From Octopus vulgaris (Eukaryota), in the NCBI GenBank assembly GCA_951406725.2, contig OX597814.1, positions 166,780,001 to 166,844,000 on the forward strand: a DNA stretch of 64,000 nt, written 5' to 3'. Under the pieces are notes generated by a model, which saw only the letters and a list, made by a program, of their open reading frames with translations, searched no databases and was not told the DNA's origin. Below, one piece after another: positions 24,944 to 37,527 of this stretch. Position numbers and translations under genes: made by a program. The stretch's first letter is position 1. Each line of letters begins with the position of its first letter.

Positions 24944-25339
24944 TATAATAAATCTCTGAGCGAGGTATAAACAGTAGCCGCACGACATCGTGAAGTATAT
25001 TTTCCACCTAAATGTGGCTAACCCTTAAGCGTTGATGCTACTGTAGCCTGTAGCCCCAGGAAGACATCTCCAGCAGGTTATTGACACACTTTCTGTACCC
25101 TATCGTTACCATCTCCAGCCTGACGTGATACACACGGACCCGAGTTTCTTCCTCCGTTAGCTGGTAATATACTAACGAGTGATGAATCTATGTATGTCAA
25201 GGGATGCGTGAAATGGAATACTATATGTCCATACCTGTCTTCGCTAACGGCATTAATCAAATGAAATTACTCTTTAATCAGGAACCTCAACTGGTTGTGA
25301 GCTCGATTCACCATAACATATATACAAGGAAATACCAAA

Positions 25340-25735
25340 TAGGTCGTGTGTTCGATTCTCGGTGGGGCGTTGTGTCCTTGAGCAAGAAGAATTATTTCAC
25401 GTGGCCCCAGTTCACCCAGCTGCCAAAAATGAGTAGTACCTGGATTTCAAAGGGCTAGCCTAGTCACATTCTGTGTCACGCTGAATCTCACTGAGAAACG
25501 CGTGTCTGTGGAGTGCTCAGCCACTTGCATACTTTTACTTATGCTTTTTTCTTTTACTTATACTTGTTTCAGTCGTTTTGACTGTGGCCATGCTGGAGCA
25601 CCGTCTATAGTCGAGCAAATCGACACCAGGACTTATTCTTTGTAAGCCTAGTACTTATTCTATCGACCTCTTTTGCCGAACCGCTAAAATTACAGGGACG
25701 TAAACACACCAGCATTGATTGTCAAAGACACACAG

Positions 25736-25802
<67 letters not shown>

Positions 25803-26035
25803 CGACGGGCTTCTTTCAGTTTCCGTCTATCTCATCCACTGACAAGGCTTTGGTCGGCCCGAGGCTATAGTAGAAGATACTTGCCCAAGATGCCACGCAG
25901 TGGGACTGAACCCGGAACCATGTGGTTGTTAAGCAAGCTACTTACCACACAGCCACTCCTGCGCCTGTTAATTTCACGAGTTGGCTGTTCCGTTGATGGG
26001 ATCAACTGGAACTCTCGTCGTCGTAAGCGACGGAA
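25340..26035 (+). mobile_element. SINE family C interrupted by an antisense family A copy
   Basis: GTGGAGTGCTCAGCCACTTGCA at about 25530 resumes as GTTAATTTCACGAG at about 25967, contiguous in the 10879 copy. Confidence 0.8.
25556..25965 (-). mobile_element. SINE family A, nested
   Basis: Reverse complement match to family. Confidence 0.9.
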
Positions 26036-26213
26036 TATACCGAATATTAACAGTACATTAAAATAAAATGTCTGAGGTATTCACAAGAGAGTGACTGGCT
26101 TTGTTGGTTTCGAAGAATGTTGTAGGTGGGAGTGTAATGAAATATCCAGGTTCCATCCTAAAACATTAGCAGACATAGTGGTGTTGTTAAGGTTTTCGCT
26201 TTGCACCTACAGG

Positions 26214-26353
26214 GCTTCGGGTTCAGTCCCACCGTGTGGTACCTTCAGCAAACGTCGTCTACTACAACCCCAGGCCGACCAATACTTTGTGAGTGAATTT
26301 GGTAGATGGAAATTGTGTAGAAACCCATTTTATATGTGTGTGTGTTTGTACGC

Positions 26354-26412
<59 letters not shown>

Positions 26413-26620
26413 TGTGCGTATGTCTGTGTTTGTGCACCGTTTTCCACCGCTTGACAACCGGTGTCAGTTCGTTTGAGGGCTAATAACTTAGCGGTTTCGG
26501 AAAAGAAATTTAAAAACCAGAGTTGAAAAACGTAAGAACAGGAGACGATTTTTTACATCACTAAACCCTTCAAGATGGTACCCCAGCTTGGCCGCAGCCC
26601 AGTGACTGAAACAAGTAGAA
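26214..26620 (+). mobile_element. SINE family A, diverged
   Basis: Match to family. Confidence 0.8.
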
Positions 26621-27358
26621 AAACAAATCAAAAGAATTGCATTCTGATTTCACCAAGTATTGAACCTCTGATATTAAACCCGATTGCTGGGAGCTTACCT
26701 CGCCCTACACAGAAATACACTTAAAAATAATTTTTTTCTGAATTTGCTTTTATTTCCACTTTTTTTATTATATGGTAAAACAATGAAATCAGAGACAAAA
26801 ACAACTACTTAAAGCATAGAGAAAATAGAAGAGAAAATGTATATTATTTATAATCATGTGCAGCCTGGTTAGTCGGCTGGAACAGGAAGAAATGTTAGCA
26901 ATGCTGTAGATGCTATCGCAAACATCAAGGACTCATATCACAGACTGCTTCAAATATAGTTCCCAATAGATCTCTCGAGTCTCGTGTCGATAGTATGGCG
27001 ACAGGAGGCAAGTGGAGATATTAGTTAGGCATCAGTCTGTCTCTCTTTTGTTATTCTACAGTCTAGCGATTGATTTAAACATAATGCGTATCACTTCGCT
27101 GTTTGAATCTCAAAGTTATACGGCTGTTGGCAGCAGAAACGACCAAAATTTAGTATGTAGTTATTATGGTGGTTTGTATCCTTAAAGATAACATTTTGAT
27201 CAGAATGCATTTGATATAATCTGTGTACAATGAATTTCACATATATATATGTATAATACATACATATGTGTGCGTGTGCGTATGTATGTGTGTGTGTATT
27301 TATGCACACACATACATAGAAATACGCATATAGAAATATGTATACATGCATACGCTCG

Positions 27359-27389
<31 letters not shown>

Positions 27390-28114
27390 GTACTACTACA
27401 TGTGTGTACGCGGGTGATTCATATATGTGTGTAAGTGTATGCTAGAATCACTGCAGGCGCTAGTCGGTGCATGTGTGTGTGTGTCAGTGCTCGTGATCGT
27501 GTGTGTGTTTGTGTGCGCGCGCGCGGTTGTGTGTATGCGTGCATGCGCATGCGTCATTGTACGCAACCCGGCAAAGCACATATATACATTAATTTTGTTT
27601 GTTTTTGTTTTTAGACATATCTGTATGAATGTCCGTGTGGGAATAAAAAAATATATCTACCCATGGTTAGCAAAATTTGTTTTTTTTCTATGTATGATTT
27701 GTATTATTTCGCTATGTTCATTGTTCCTTATATACATGTACAGCGGGATAAATGTAAAATAATTGCTGTTTCATTATCAGCTCTTTATAAATATTTTCAA
27801 ACAGAATATAAAAATGGAAAAGAGAGAAACACACCATCGGCTTGTATCAATTTATTCATTAAACCACAACATACTTTATTTTGTTATTTTCTTTTGTTGC
27901 AGATATTTGGGCGATAAACCGAGCAGGAAATCAGTTCACCGTTTATTTATATTTTTAGTTGTGGAATCTACTTTAATAACTATGATTTGCCAACCATAAA
28001 TACATACAAATAATGTGTTTAGAGCTGTAAATAGAAAACTCGCGCGAGCGCTTGGGTGCGCATGTCTACGTTTGAGTGTGTCTATGTATGTGTGTGCGTG
28101 TGTGTGTGTATATT

Positions 28115-28166
<52 letters not shown>

Positions 28167-28218
28167 TATTTGTGTATGTGAGTTTGTGTGTGTGGGTATG
28201 TATACACACATGTGTGAA

Positions 28219-28540
28219 GGCGCGTGGCTCAGTGGTTAGTGCGTCGAGCTTACGATCGTGAGGTTGTGAGTTCGAATCCCGGACCGGGCTGCGTGTCGTG
28301 TTCTTGAGCAAGACACTTTATTTCACGTTGCTCCAGTTCACTCAGCTGTAGAAATGAGTTCCGACGTCACAGGTGGCAAGATGTATCGGCCTTTGCTTTT
28401 TCCTTGAATAACACTGGTGGCGTGGAGATGGGAGGCCGGTATGCATGGGCGACTGCTAGTCTTCCATAAACAACCTTGCCCAGACTGGGAGGGTAACTTT
28501 GTAGGTGCAATCCCACAGTCACTCATGACCGAAATGGGCC
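28219..28540 (+). mobile_element. SINE family C
   Basis: GGCGCGTGGCTCAGTGGTTAG...GAGTTCGAATCCC; homologous to 50485-50822. Confidence 0.9.
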
Positions 28541-28573
28541 TCATGTACAGACACACACACACACACACACATA

Positions 28574-28966
28574 GGCGCAGGCGTCGTAAGAAGCTTGCTT
28601 ACCAACCACATGGTTCCGGGTTCAGTCCCATTACGTGGCACCTTGGCCAAATGTCTTCTACTATAGCCTCGGGCCGACCAAAACCTTGTGAGCGGATTTG
28701 GTAAACGGAAACTGAAAGAAGCCCGTCGTATATATGTATGTATGTATTTAAGTGTCAGTGTGCCTTTGTGTCTGTGTTTTCCCCCCATCGTCACTTGACA
28801 ACCGGTGTTGGTGTGTTTACGTATCCGTAACTTAACGGTTCGGTAAAAGAAACCGATAGGGAAAGTACAAGGTTTTAAAATGTCCTGGGGTCGATTTGTT
28901 CAACTAAAGTCCTTCAAGGTGGTGCTCCAGTATGGCCGCAGTCAAATGACTGAAACAAGTAAAAGA
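28574..28966 (+). mobile_element. SINE family A
   Basis: Match to family; followed tail-to-tail by an antisense 3' half at about 28990-29180. Confidence 0.88.
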
Positions 28967-29689
28967 ATGATAGAATATATATTTATTATTCTTTTATTCT
29001 TTCACTTGTTTCAGTCATTTGACTGTAGCCATGCTGGAGCACCGCCTGCAGTTGAACAAATCGACCCCAAGACTTATTCTCTATAATTCTGGTACTTGTC
29101 CAATCGGTCTCTTTTGCGGGGATGTAAACGCACAAACATCGGTTGTCAAGCGATGGTGGAGGGACAAACACAGACACATGCACATATATATATATATCCA
29201 GAGGTGATGCTGTACGACCGTTTCAAGCGACTCCATTTAATTGAAAAATATAATCATTACATCAATTTAAACGCAGGGCTATCCTCAGCTACATAAATAA
29301 ATAAATAGAATTTTTTTTTATCAGTCGGTCACATTTGTATGATTTTACTTATATATATATGACGGGCTATTTGATAGTGTAGAAGGGAATTTGTCCTTCT
29401 TCAATTACTATTGCAAACAGCAGTAGCTTTCTTCAACCAATACGCATCGTTGATTGGTTGAAATTACCCAATTACGACAATTTTAACACAAAATAACTTC
29501 CAAAATACGAAATTTTGGCAAAAATGGTCAGAGTAAACCATGTTCTACGTGAGAAATTCAACGGGTATTCGAAGTTTAAAACTGTTTAGTTAAAAAAAAA
29601 TTAATTAAAAAATCTGTGATTCAGATGGAAAAGATCCAAGAACACATATATATCTACACACACTCACACACACACATTTAGCATACCGA

Positions 29690-30560
29690 AAGAAAAGAAA
29701 AGGACCATACATGAGTATGTTTCCCGAAGACTTAATAAAGACAGTAATACCGACATGAAGTGCAGCCGCTACATCCCATCACACTTCGAAAGCTATGCAT
29801 TTGCAATCCTAGAATAGGAGATTGCTATGAAATATCTAATAAACTAAAGAGACGATAAAGCGGTAAGGCACTTGGAGTCCCATGATGCAACCGAAAATGT
29901 CAATTATGTCACATTTCTATGGAAAATATTCACACGTGATCAGAAGCTGCCTAAAAATGTTATGGATTTACTACCTCCCAATGCGACTTGAGTTGTTGCT
30001 AAAACAATATACAATGTCATCCAAATAAATGACTACTCTGGAATAAATATAGAGAATCTCCCTGTTATTGAATATACACATAATACAATATATATTGGCG
30101 GAACATTCCCATTAGAACTTCGACCAAGTACAAACATAACAGGCCGGATGAAATTGCTTGGAATAGACAATAAAAATGTATGTACCGTCATAGAAGTCAG
30201 CTGTCCTGGTGATATGAATATCTCTTCGAAAATCAAGGAGAAAGAGAATAACAATGGACAATTACTTTGAAACCTTCAGCTTTTGTAGCAGCTTACAAAT
30301 TCACATTTATACTATTAAATAATTGTTGACTTCATTTTGTGAGTAAACACCCTAAGTGAGAATATGGAAAAGCCAGGGTCTTCAAAAAGACCAAGTCAAC
30401 CAGCTAACAAATACATTGCAAATACACGCTGTAAGCGGATTGTAAGCAGAACATAAAATTATGTAAGACTTTTCTGAAATTCAAAACGTGACATTGCTTT
30501 ATCTAGATTTTATTGGTGAAGCCTTGTATCTTTATTAGAAACCAGCTCTCTTCCTCACAG
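29690..30560 (+). mobile_element. 3' relic of RLE-type non-LTR retrotransposon (R4/Dong-like)
   Basis: Pieces translate SHFESYAFAILE*EIAMKYL, SCLKM..YYLPMR, VVAKTIYNVI, YWRNIPIRTSTKYKHNRPD, VCTVIEVSCPGDMNISSKIKEKE: zinc-knuckle region plus PD-(D/E)xK restriction-like endonuclease. Confidence 0.8.
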
Positions 30561-30789
30561 GAATACTTCAAATAATTAATAACAGAAGGAAACTCATGAA
30601 GGTTGCAACTCAATTTTTGAACAAAGCCCTCCCTCGATTATGTTCTTAAACATGAACAGCACAGGACACAGATTTGTTTTTTCAGTGACTTACACTCTTT
30701 TGCACATTTTTGACAATAATGGACGCCTCCTGTTGTAGGTGTTCAGATACTTAACACCACAAACGTTGGCACATGCTTTCAATCCATCA

Positions 30790-31440
30790 TGAGAATCGTT
30801 AAAGCATCGGACAAATAACCCTTTCGATAGTTTGTCTCTTTAAATTTTATATTCCAATTTTTCTGCGACCAACTTTGCATTTTATCTTTTCAGGATCGAT
30901 AAAATAAAGTACCAGTCGACTACTGGAGTCAACATAGTTGGCCAACCCGTCTTCCACAAAATTTCAGACCTTTCGTCTATATTGAGGTCAAATTTTGGTA
31001 CAAGGCTAGCAATTTTGGAGGAAGGGGCTAGTCGATTACATCAATCCCAGTGCATAACTGGTACTTATTTAATCGACTCCGAAAGGATGAAAGGCAAAGT
31101 CGACCGCGACGGAATTTGAACTTAGAATGTGAAGACGGATGAAATACCGCTAAGCATTTTGTCCAGCGTGCTAATGATTCTGCCAGCTCGCCGTTTTGCC
31201 TTTCGTCAATACTAGAAGTAATACTTATGAGAGCAGAGGATTGGCAGAATTGATAGAGCATTGTAAAATCTGGCTTGCGGTATTTGTACAGCGTTCTGAG
31301 TTCAAATCCCATCGTGGTCAACTACGTCTTTCATCTGTCCAGGTTTGGTAAGATATACTATCAGTCAAGTACTGGAATTGGTATTATCGACTAACCTCCT
31401 TCCCCTCAAAACTTCTTGTCTAATGCCTAAATCAGAAACT
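30790..31440. mobile_element. Cluster of three diverged family B SINEs (+,-,+)
   Basis: GATAAAATAAAGTACCAG, GAAAGGATGAAAGGCAAAGTCGACC and CTGAGTTCAAATCCC motifs. Confidence 0.75.
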
Positions 31441-31845
31441 ATTGTTGCTATTGTTAGTGAAGATCACATTTAATTACACGCTACACACAATATTGGTTTC
31501 TTACATAAGCAGAGATCAGTAAATTTATTGAAGACGGTATATTAATGATGCCGGTGGTGTTAACTAAAATGCGAAAGACAAGGATGATTGCGATGATGTT
31601 GGCCTTGCTAGTTGCATTGGAGTACACTATTTTCTTTCTTTAGACACCAGTATCAGAGTATTGGTTATTCTATTGATCCCCAGATAGATTAATTTTGGCA
31701 TATGGTTCTTCTAGAGTTACAGAGCGAGAGAGTCTCTTTGAGTCTGCCTGGCGTCCAAGAAATAGCAAGCAATCTACCTCAATCTAAAATCTTCTATCTT
31801 AAAACAAAGACATTATTTACATTTGTCCTCATCTCGTTTGTTGTT

Positions 31846-31891
31846 AACACAACGTTTCGGCCGATATACTCTCCAGCCTTCATCAGGTGTT
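31846..31891 (-). ncRNA. Minimal type I hammerhead ribozyme (canonical core)
   Basis: Reverse complement AACAC-CUGAUGA-a-GGCUG-loop-CGGCC-GAAA-CG-UU-GUGUU. Confidence 0.8.
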
Positions 31892-31989
31892 TTGGGAATA
31901 TTTCGAACCTGGGTTCCCATTCCCAAGTTATTTTTCGATGTTATTATTATTCAGGTCACTGCCTGGAATCGAACTCGAAATCCATTATG

Positions 31990-32212
31990 GAGTGAATTTT
32001 AGGGCTTATAAATCTAATATTTTCCCATCCTTCCTTAATACTGATTCTCATATGCTATTCATATCTGCACTCGGTCTGCTTAGGAGATTGTTGTGTCCTA
32101 GCATATGTGCTACTTCTTTTAGTTTTCGTATTTTCCAGTGGTGCTTTCTGTCTATTATTTTAAGCATAACAATCTCCTAAGCAAACCGAGTGCAGATATG
32201 AACAGCATATGG
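31990..32212 (-). mobile_element. PLE GIY-YIG C-terminal tail with local inverted duplication
   Basis: Reverse complement translates IIDRKHHWKIRKLKEVAHMLGHNNLLSRPSADMNSI; about 32045-32092 is inverted at about 32165-32212. Confidence 0.7.
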
Positions 32213-33794
32213 GAACTGGTAACAAATATTTAGTGTATCATGCGGTAGTGTTTTGTTACAATGAATAGTGTTTAAAGGGTGTTTTTTTTTATTTTGCTAC
32301 TATTATGGCCCTACTGAAGGATTCTTTATGCCGGTATCTAGGCTGCGTGCAGATGATGCATGGTTGGGGAAAGTTAGGAAGGTCACGTTACTAGTATGAA
32401 AGTGGGTGTTGGTCGGTATGTAGGTCGTTGATGTATAGAACAAAGTTTGTGAAAGACAAAACCAAAACCTGGAGATCAGAATTTATTGAAAGTGGAACGG
32501 GAAAGAAGACCATCAACACACGCTGCAATGGTACCATGAGATATGAAACTACCGATCCAAGAGTTAATGGATGGTGCCGGTGGGCTTAATGTTTTAACAA
32601 TTCTACAGAAAGACTGATGTCCTTATATCAGTAAACTCGTAAGTTCATTTCTGCCCACAGCTCCTGGGTTTTCCATTGTCATTTAAGACTTCCAATCTAC
32701 TGGTAACGGGCCGCTTAAGCATAGATTCTCTAACTCCATAACCCCTACCTCTTTGTTCTTCTAGTCAATGAGACTCTACGAAGATTGTTAGCTTTGCTAT
32801 AAGTAACGGCTAAATTTCATTTAAACCACACCCTACCATCTTCATAAAGAAAAAAAAAAGCATTGGTTAATATAAGCCACGTACGGAAAAGATGGGAGTG
32901 GGTATGATTGAAAAGTGTTTGGCCCTATGTCTATTTATATGACCCTTTGATCAGATTTAATCATGCGTTCCGTTGATCAGGCTAAATCAGCACATAAAAA
33001 AAGAGGCGAAAACAACGCCTGACTGGTTCAGTCAGAAGAAAATCATCATAACTCTAAGACTAAAGAAAGGGAATGGCTAACACTAAAAACTACAGATCTA
33101 TAACCTGGCTTCTTGCTGTTTACAAAACCTTAACTGCAATAATATTGTAATGAATACACTTCTCAAACAAAAAAAAAAGGGGATAAAAATATGCTTTTAG
33201 AATAGTAAAAAGGATCCTGCAAAGGCTCCTCCTGTTGAAAAGAGCAACTAATAATCAACTAAACCGAAGCCGAAGACTATAGAAAAAGAAAGAACAGTTT
33301 GAGCATGTTTATCAAGGCTGATGCAGTGATGTCCAACCAAAACATTAGTTGGCCAATTTTTGCAAGAAAAACGTGGGCCGCGAGCGAATTGGTGTTGAGA
33401 TTCAGACGCATTCGTAGAAAATGCTCCAACAGTAACTGTTTCGTCTTTTCCCTAGACTAAGTGTACATAAGTCTTCTTTTATTTTTATTTTAAAAGGACG
33501 GTAATGCGTGGTTTGACGGAGACTTGGCTGATATATCAAGTAGGTTGCACGACAACCTAGGGACCCTCACTGACTCAAAGTCCTTAATTTTACAGGAGCG
33601 TCACAGCATGTACCGATCTTTATATATTTACCCCTATATGGACCGAAGCATTTGAAAATTAAGTTTACAGTGATTGAAAATTAAGTATACAGTATACAGT
33701 GATTGAATCTTGTTCTATTGTATACATTATCTATTCGTTCATAAGCAATCTCGAATGAAAGAGTTTTGTGATCATCAATAGGTCGACAGCTCAC

Positions 33795-33963
33795 CGACAT
33801 GTATCCTTTTAGAAAGGTCTGACCACTTCCACTTCTGTGGTGTTCGACACCATGACAGTCGCGTTATGCGCAAAAGCCCCAGTCCGAAAGAGATGCCCCT
33901 CAACAGTTGTAGATGCTGCTGCATGGCTTGAGACTCAGCTTGTACAGAATTGAGACAGGACAT
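33795..33963 (-). other. Candidate exon (169 nt, one open frame) of an unidentified gene
   Basis: Acceptor gtttgttctctcag, donor G|gtgagc, GC-richer non-repetitive island; MSCLNSVQAESQAMQQHLQLLRGISFGLGLLRITRLSWCRTPQKWKWSDLSKRIHV; no protein recognised. Confidence 0.35.
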
Positions 33964-34315
33964 CTGAGAGAACAAACGCGTGATACGAAACGGTTTCTAA
34001 AGTAGCCGTTTACTCTGACAATTAAGCAGAGGTTGTAGTACATTGCTGCAATGCTACCTCTGAAAACAAGATCAAAATCGACAAACCATTTTGTATGCCA
34101 GTTTAACTATTAAATGTATATATTATTAATCTACCCACTTGATAAAATATTTTGGTTAACTCCAACATCAGAATAAAGCAGTGAGGTCTATGTCAGCCAT
34201 AGATAAAACAAAGCAAAAGTAAAGCAGTAGTTGAATTATTTGCAGTTACCAAGGATAAATATTACGTTAGACAATACTGAAATATTACTTTTTTTCATTA
34301 TTTCATGATTATAAG

Positions 34316-35152
34316 ACGGTGAGCAGGTAGAGTCATTAGCAGGCTGGGCTGAGTGCTTAGCGGCATTTCGTCTGTCTTAACTTTCTGAGTTCAAATTCTA
34401 CGGAGGTCGACTTTGCCTTTCATCCATTCATGGTCATTAAAATAACTATCAGTTGAGCACTGGGGTCGATGTTATCGACTTACCCCGCCCCCCGAAATTG
34501 CTGATCTTGTGCCAATATTTGAAACTATTATTTCGTGTTTATAAGGCGGCGAGCTGGCAAATCCGTTAGCACGCTGAGCAAAATGCTTGGCAGCGTTTCG
34601 CCTGTTTTTACGTCCTGAGTTCAAATTCCGCTGTGTTCGACGTTTATCCTGTCGGGGTCGATGAAATAAGTGCCAATCAAGTACTGGGATCGACGTAATC
34701 ATCTAGCCCCCTTCCCTCAAAATTCCAGGCCTTGTGTCTATATAAGAAAGGATTATTTCGTGTTTATTAGGCTGTGCGTTGGCAGAATTACCGGAACATC
34801 GGAAAAAATACCTTGCGATATTTCTTCCAGCTCTTTACATTCTCACTTCAAATTCTGCCAAGGCTCATTGAATAAACTACCCGTCAAATACTGGGATTCT
34901 TGGTATTGACTAATCTCCTCCCCTTAAATTTGCTCTCCTTGTGTCTAAATCAGAAACCCTTACTTCGAGTTTATAGGGCGTTAGATTGGCAGAAATGTTA
35001 GAGAATTGGACAAAATATTTTGCGGTACTTGCTCTGGTGTAATTCATTCTGAGTTCAAGTCCAGCCGAGGTCGACATTAATCTTCCTTTCCACCGTTTGA
35101 TGGTTTCGAAGGTCTGAAATAATTCCAGACCTTGTACCTGTGTTAGAAACAA
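34316..35152 (+). mobile_element. Four head-to-tail family B SINE copies
   Basis: Heads at about 34316, 34545, 34770, 34976, each (T)GGCAG(A)A...TTCAAA.T. Confidence 0.8.
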
Positions 35153-35323
35153 TTATTTCATTTATATATTATTAAACTAGTCTTAACTCCGGTTTGTTGA
35201 TATTTAAAAGAATATGATCCTGTAAACTGGATAAATTGTTTTAAAAAGATGCTGATATTTTACAGTTGGTTCAACAATGTTGATTTATTCGGAATTCTTA
35301 CAGTCAAACAATTCAGAAGAGGA

Positions 35324-35380
<57 letters not shown>

Positions 35381-35863
35381 TCTCTCTGTATATATATATA
35401 AATATATATAACATGATGTCTATATTCATTCTTAAATCGATTGAAAGTGAATATGTCATTTACAGTTGGATTTCGTCTTCAGAGAACACCTCCCTTCAGA
35501 TGAAGTATGTTGACAACAATAAAAGCAATTCAGAGACGTCAGTGAACTCTGAAATACCAATGTTTTGGCATAATTGTGCCTCTTTAGTTAGAGACACCAC
35601 TTCGAATTTTGAATCTAAACAAGAACAATCGTTCTTATTTAAAGCATCCAACACTTTTGCGCTACTGATTTGAAATTTAATTAATTTAGGGTAATTATGT
35701 AAACCTGGACAACATTTTGAAAAATAGTATGGTTTCTTAGAAAATTTCAAAAACGTAAGAGTAAAATTTTTTAAGATGATATTTATAGGTGTGTGTGCTT
35801 AGCAGACATAAGCATATTCTTGTTTCGAACAATCGTTCTAATAATCTAATCTGAAATGATGTC

Positions 35864-35916
35864 TTTGACTGAAGAGGCACAATCATGCCGAAACAGATGC
35901 AATTGCTTGTCTCAAA
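35864..35916 (+). ncRNA. Canonical type I hammerhead ribozyme
   Basis: UUUGA-CUGAAGA-GGCA-caauca-UGCC-GAAA-CAGAUGCAAUUGCUUG-UC|UCAAA; all core residues present, GUC cleavage site after 35911. Confidence 0.88.
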
Positions 35917-36512
35917 ATATATTATAATGCAGTGTAGTTTCACTTAAAATTGTTCTGTTAACTGGGGTCTGATGCAATAGTAGACTTGCTGAAGTGAATA
36001 AAAAAAAATAAAATAAAAACCAAAAAACGTAAAAGGCAATATTTACCCCAACATATATCTATTAAGTTGAACTTATCCTTGTCATCATCATCGTCGTCAT
36101 CATGAAGCCAATTGAGCCGTAAAAAAAAGACAGTAATGTACTGGAGTTTAATAAGAAATTATTTATATTTGAAACCAACCAAAAAGTCCCTGCTACTAGA
36201 AATAATTGCAAAAGCTCTCTCAAATTTACAATGTTAGGAAGAAAAAAGGAAAAAAAAAAAAAGAAAAATATTTACTGAAGGGGCACTGTTTGTATTATCC
36301 CTAAAAGTAAAACAGCACAGTCGTGATTAGAATGTGTTCATGATCAAGATTAACCAGACACAAAACAGCAACAATTATAAAAATAAAACGAATAACGTTA
36401 ACAACGACGACAACTTCAGCGTTGACGTAGACAAAAACAACAGCAAATTACAGTATTTAGCCACGGCCTTCTACACTCTTTTGCTTATTCCAACAAGCGG
36501 GTAAGTACCTAT

Positions 36513-36882
36513 ACTCTTTTACTTGTTTCAGTCATTTGACTGCGGCCATGCTGGAGCACCGCCTTTAATCGAGCAACTCGACACCGGAACTTATTCTTTT
36601 GTAAGCCCAGTACTTATTCTATCGGTCTCTTTTGCCGAACCGCTAAGTTACGGGGACATAAACACCATCATCAGTTGTCAGCCAATGCTAGAGGGACAAA
36701 CACAGACACACAAACACACACACGCATACATATATATATATATATACATATATACGACGGGCTTCTTTCAGTTTCCGTCTACCAAATCCACTCACAAGGC
36801 TTTGGTCGGCTCGAGGCTATAGTAGAAGACACTTGCCCATGGTGCCACGCAGTGAGACTGAACCCAGAACCATGTGGTTGGT
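36513..36882 (-). mobile_element. SINE family A
   Basis: Reverse complement match to family. Confidence 0.9.
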
Positions 36883-37116
36883 AGGCGCTGGTGAACCGTT
36901 ATATATATTTTTAAAAAATTGCCTGTAAAGCAGACATGGTAACCGCTACAGCAACAGTATATTCTGAATTGAAAACCAGCCAACTTCGACTTCGACTTTC
37001 ATCCCTCTGGAGACTATATTAGTTGTTATTGTTGGTGTTGTTTAGCCGCAGGTCAACGCTAATCGATAGAGTAGACGTACGATCAAAAGCGTCTTAGCGT
37101 TTCTTGACTCCGTTAG

Positions 37117-37527
37117 TCTTTTCAGTTGTTGGACTGCGAACATGCTGGAGCATCGCCTTGTAGGGCTAGTCAAACAAATCGACTCCAGCACTTATTTTAA
37201 GTTTGGTATTTATTCTGTTAGTCTCTTTTGCCAAACCCCTAAATTATAGAGACGTAAATGAACCAAAAACGGGTTGCCAAGCTGTGAAGAGACAAGCAAA
37301 CACACGCACATAAACATACATAGATGCACATACACATATACATGTGTGTATATATGCGCGCGTGTGTGTGCGCGCGCACACTAAGGCCTTCTGCATAGTT
37401 TCCGCCTATCAAACAAGGCATTCTTCGGCCGGCGCTACTGTGACGGACACTTCCCCAAGGTATCACGCTTTGAGACTGAACTCGTAACTACGTAGTTGCG
37501 AAGCGAATTTCTTAATACTGCCATGCC
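37117..37527 (-). mobile_element. SINE family A, diverged
   Basis: Reverse complement match to family. Confidence 0.75.

Noticed and set aside
34316-35152. Regularly spaced repeats as a CRISPR-like array
   Set aside because: Units are about 200-bp SINE copies; eukaryotic context, no spacers or cas genes.
35413-35750. ORFs next to the canonical hammerhead
   Set aside because: No RT or GIY-YIG motifs recognised; cannot assign to a PLE.
36470-36510. 3-nt microexon patterns (caag|CGG|gtaagt here; cag|CAG|gtaagc at about 40462)
   Set aside because: Too short to distinguish from chance without RNA data.
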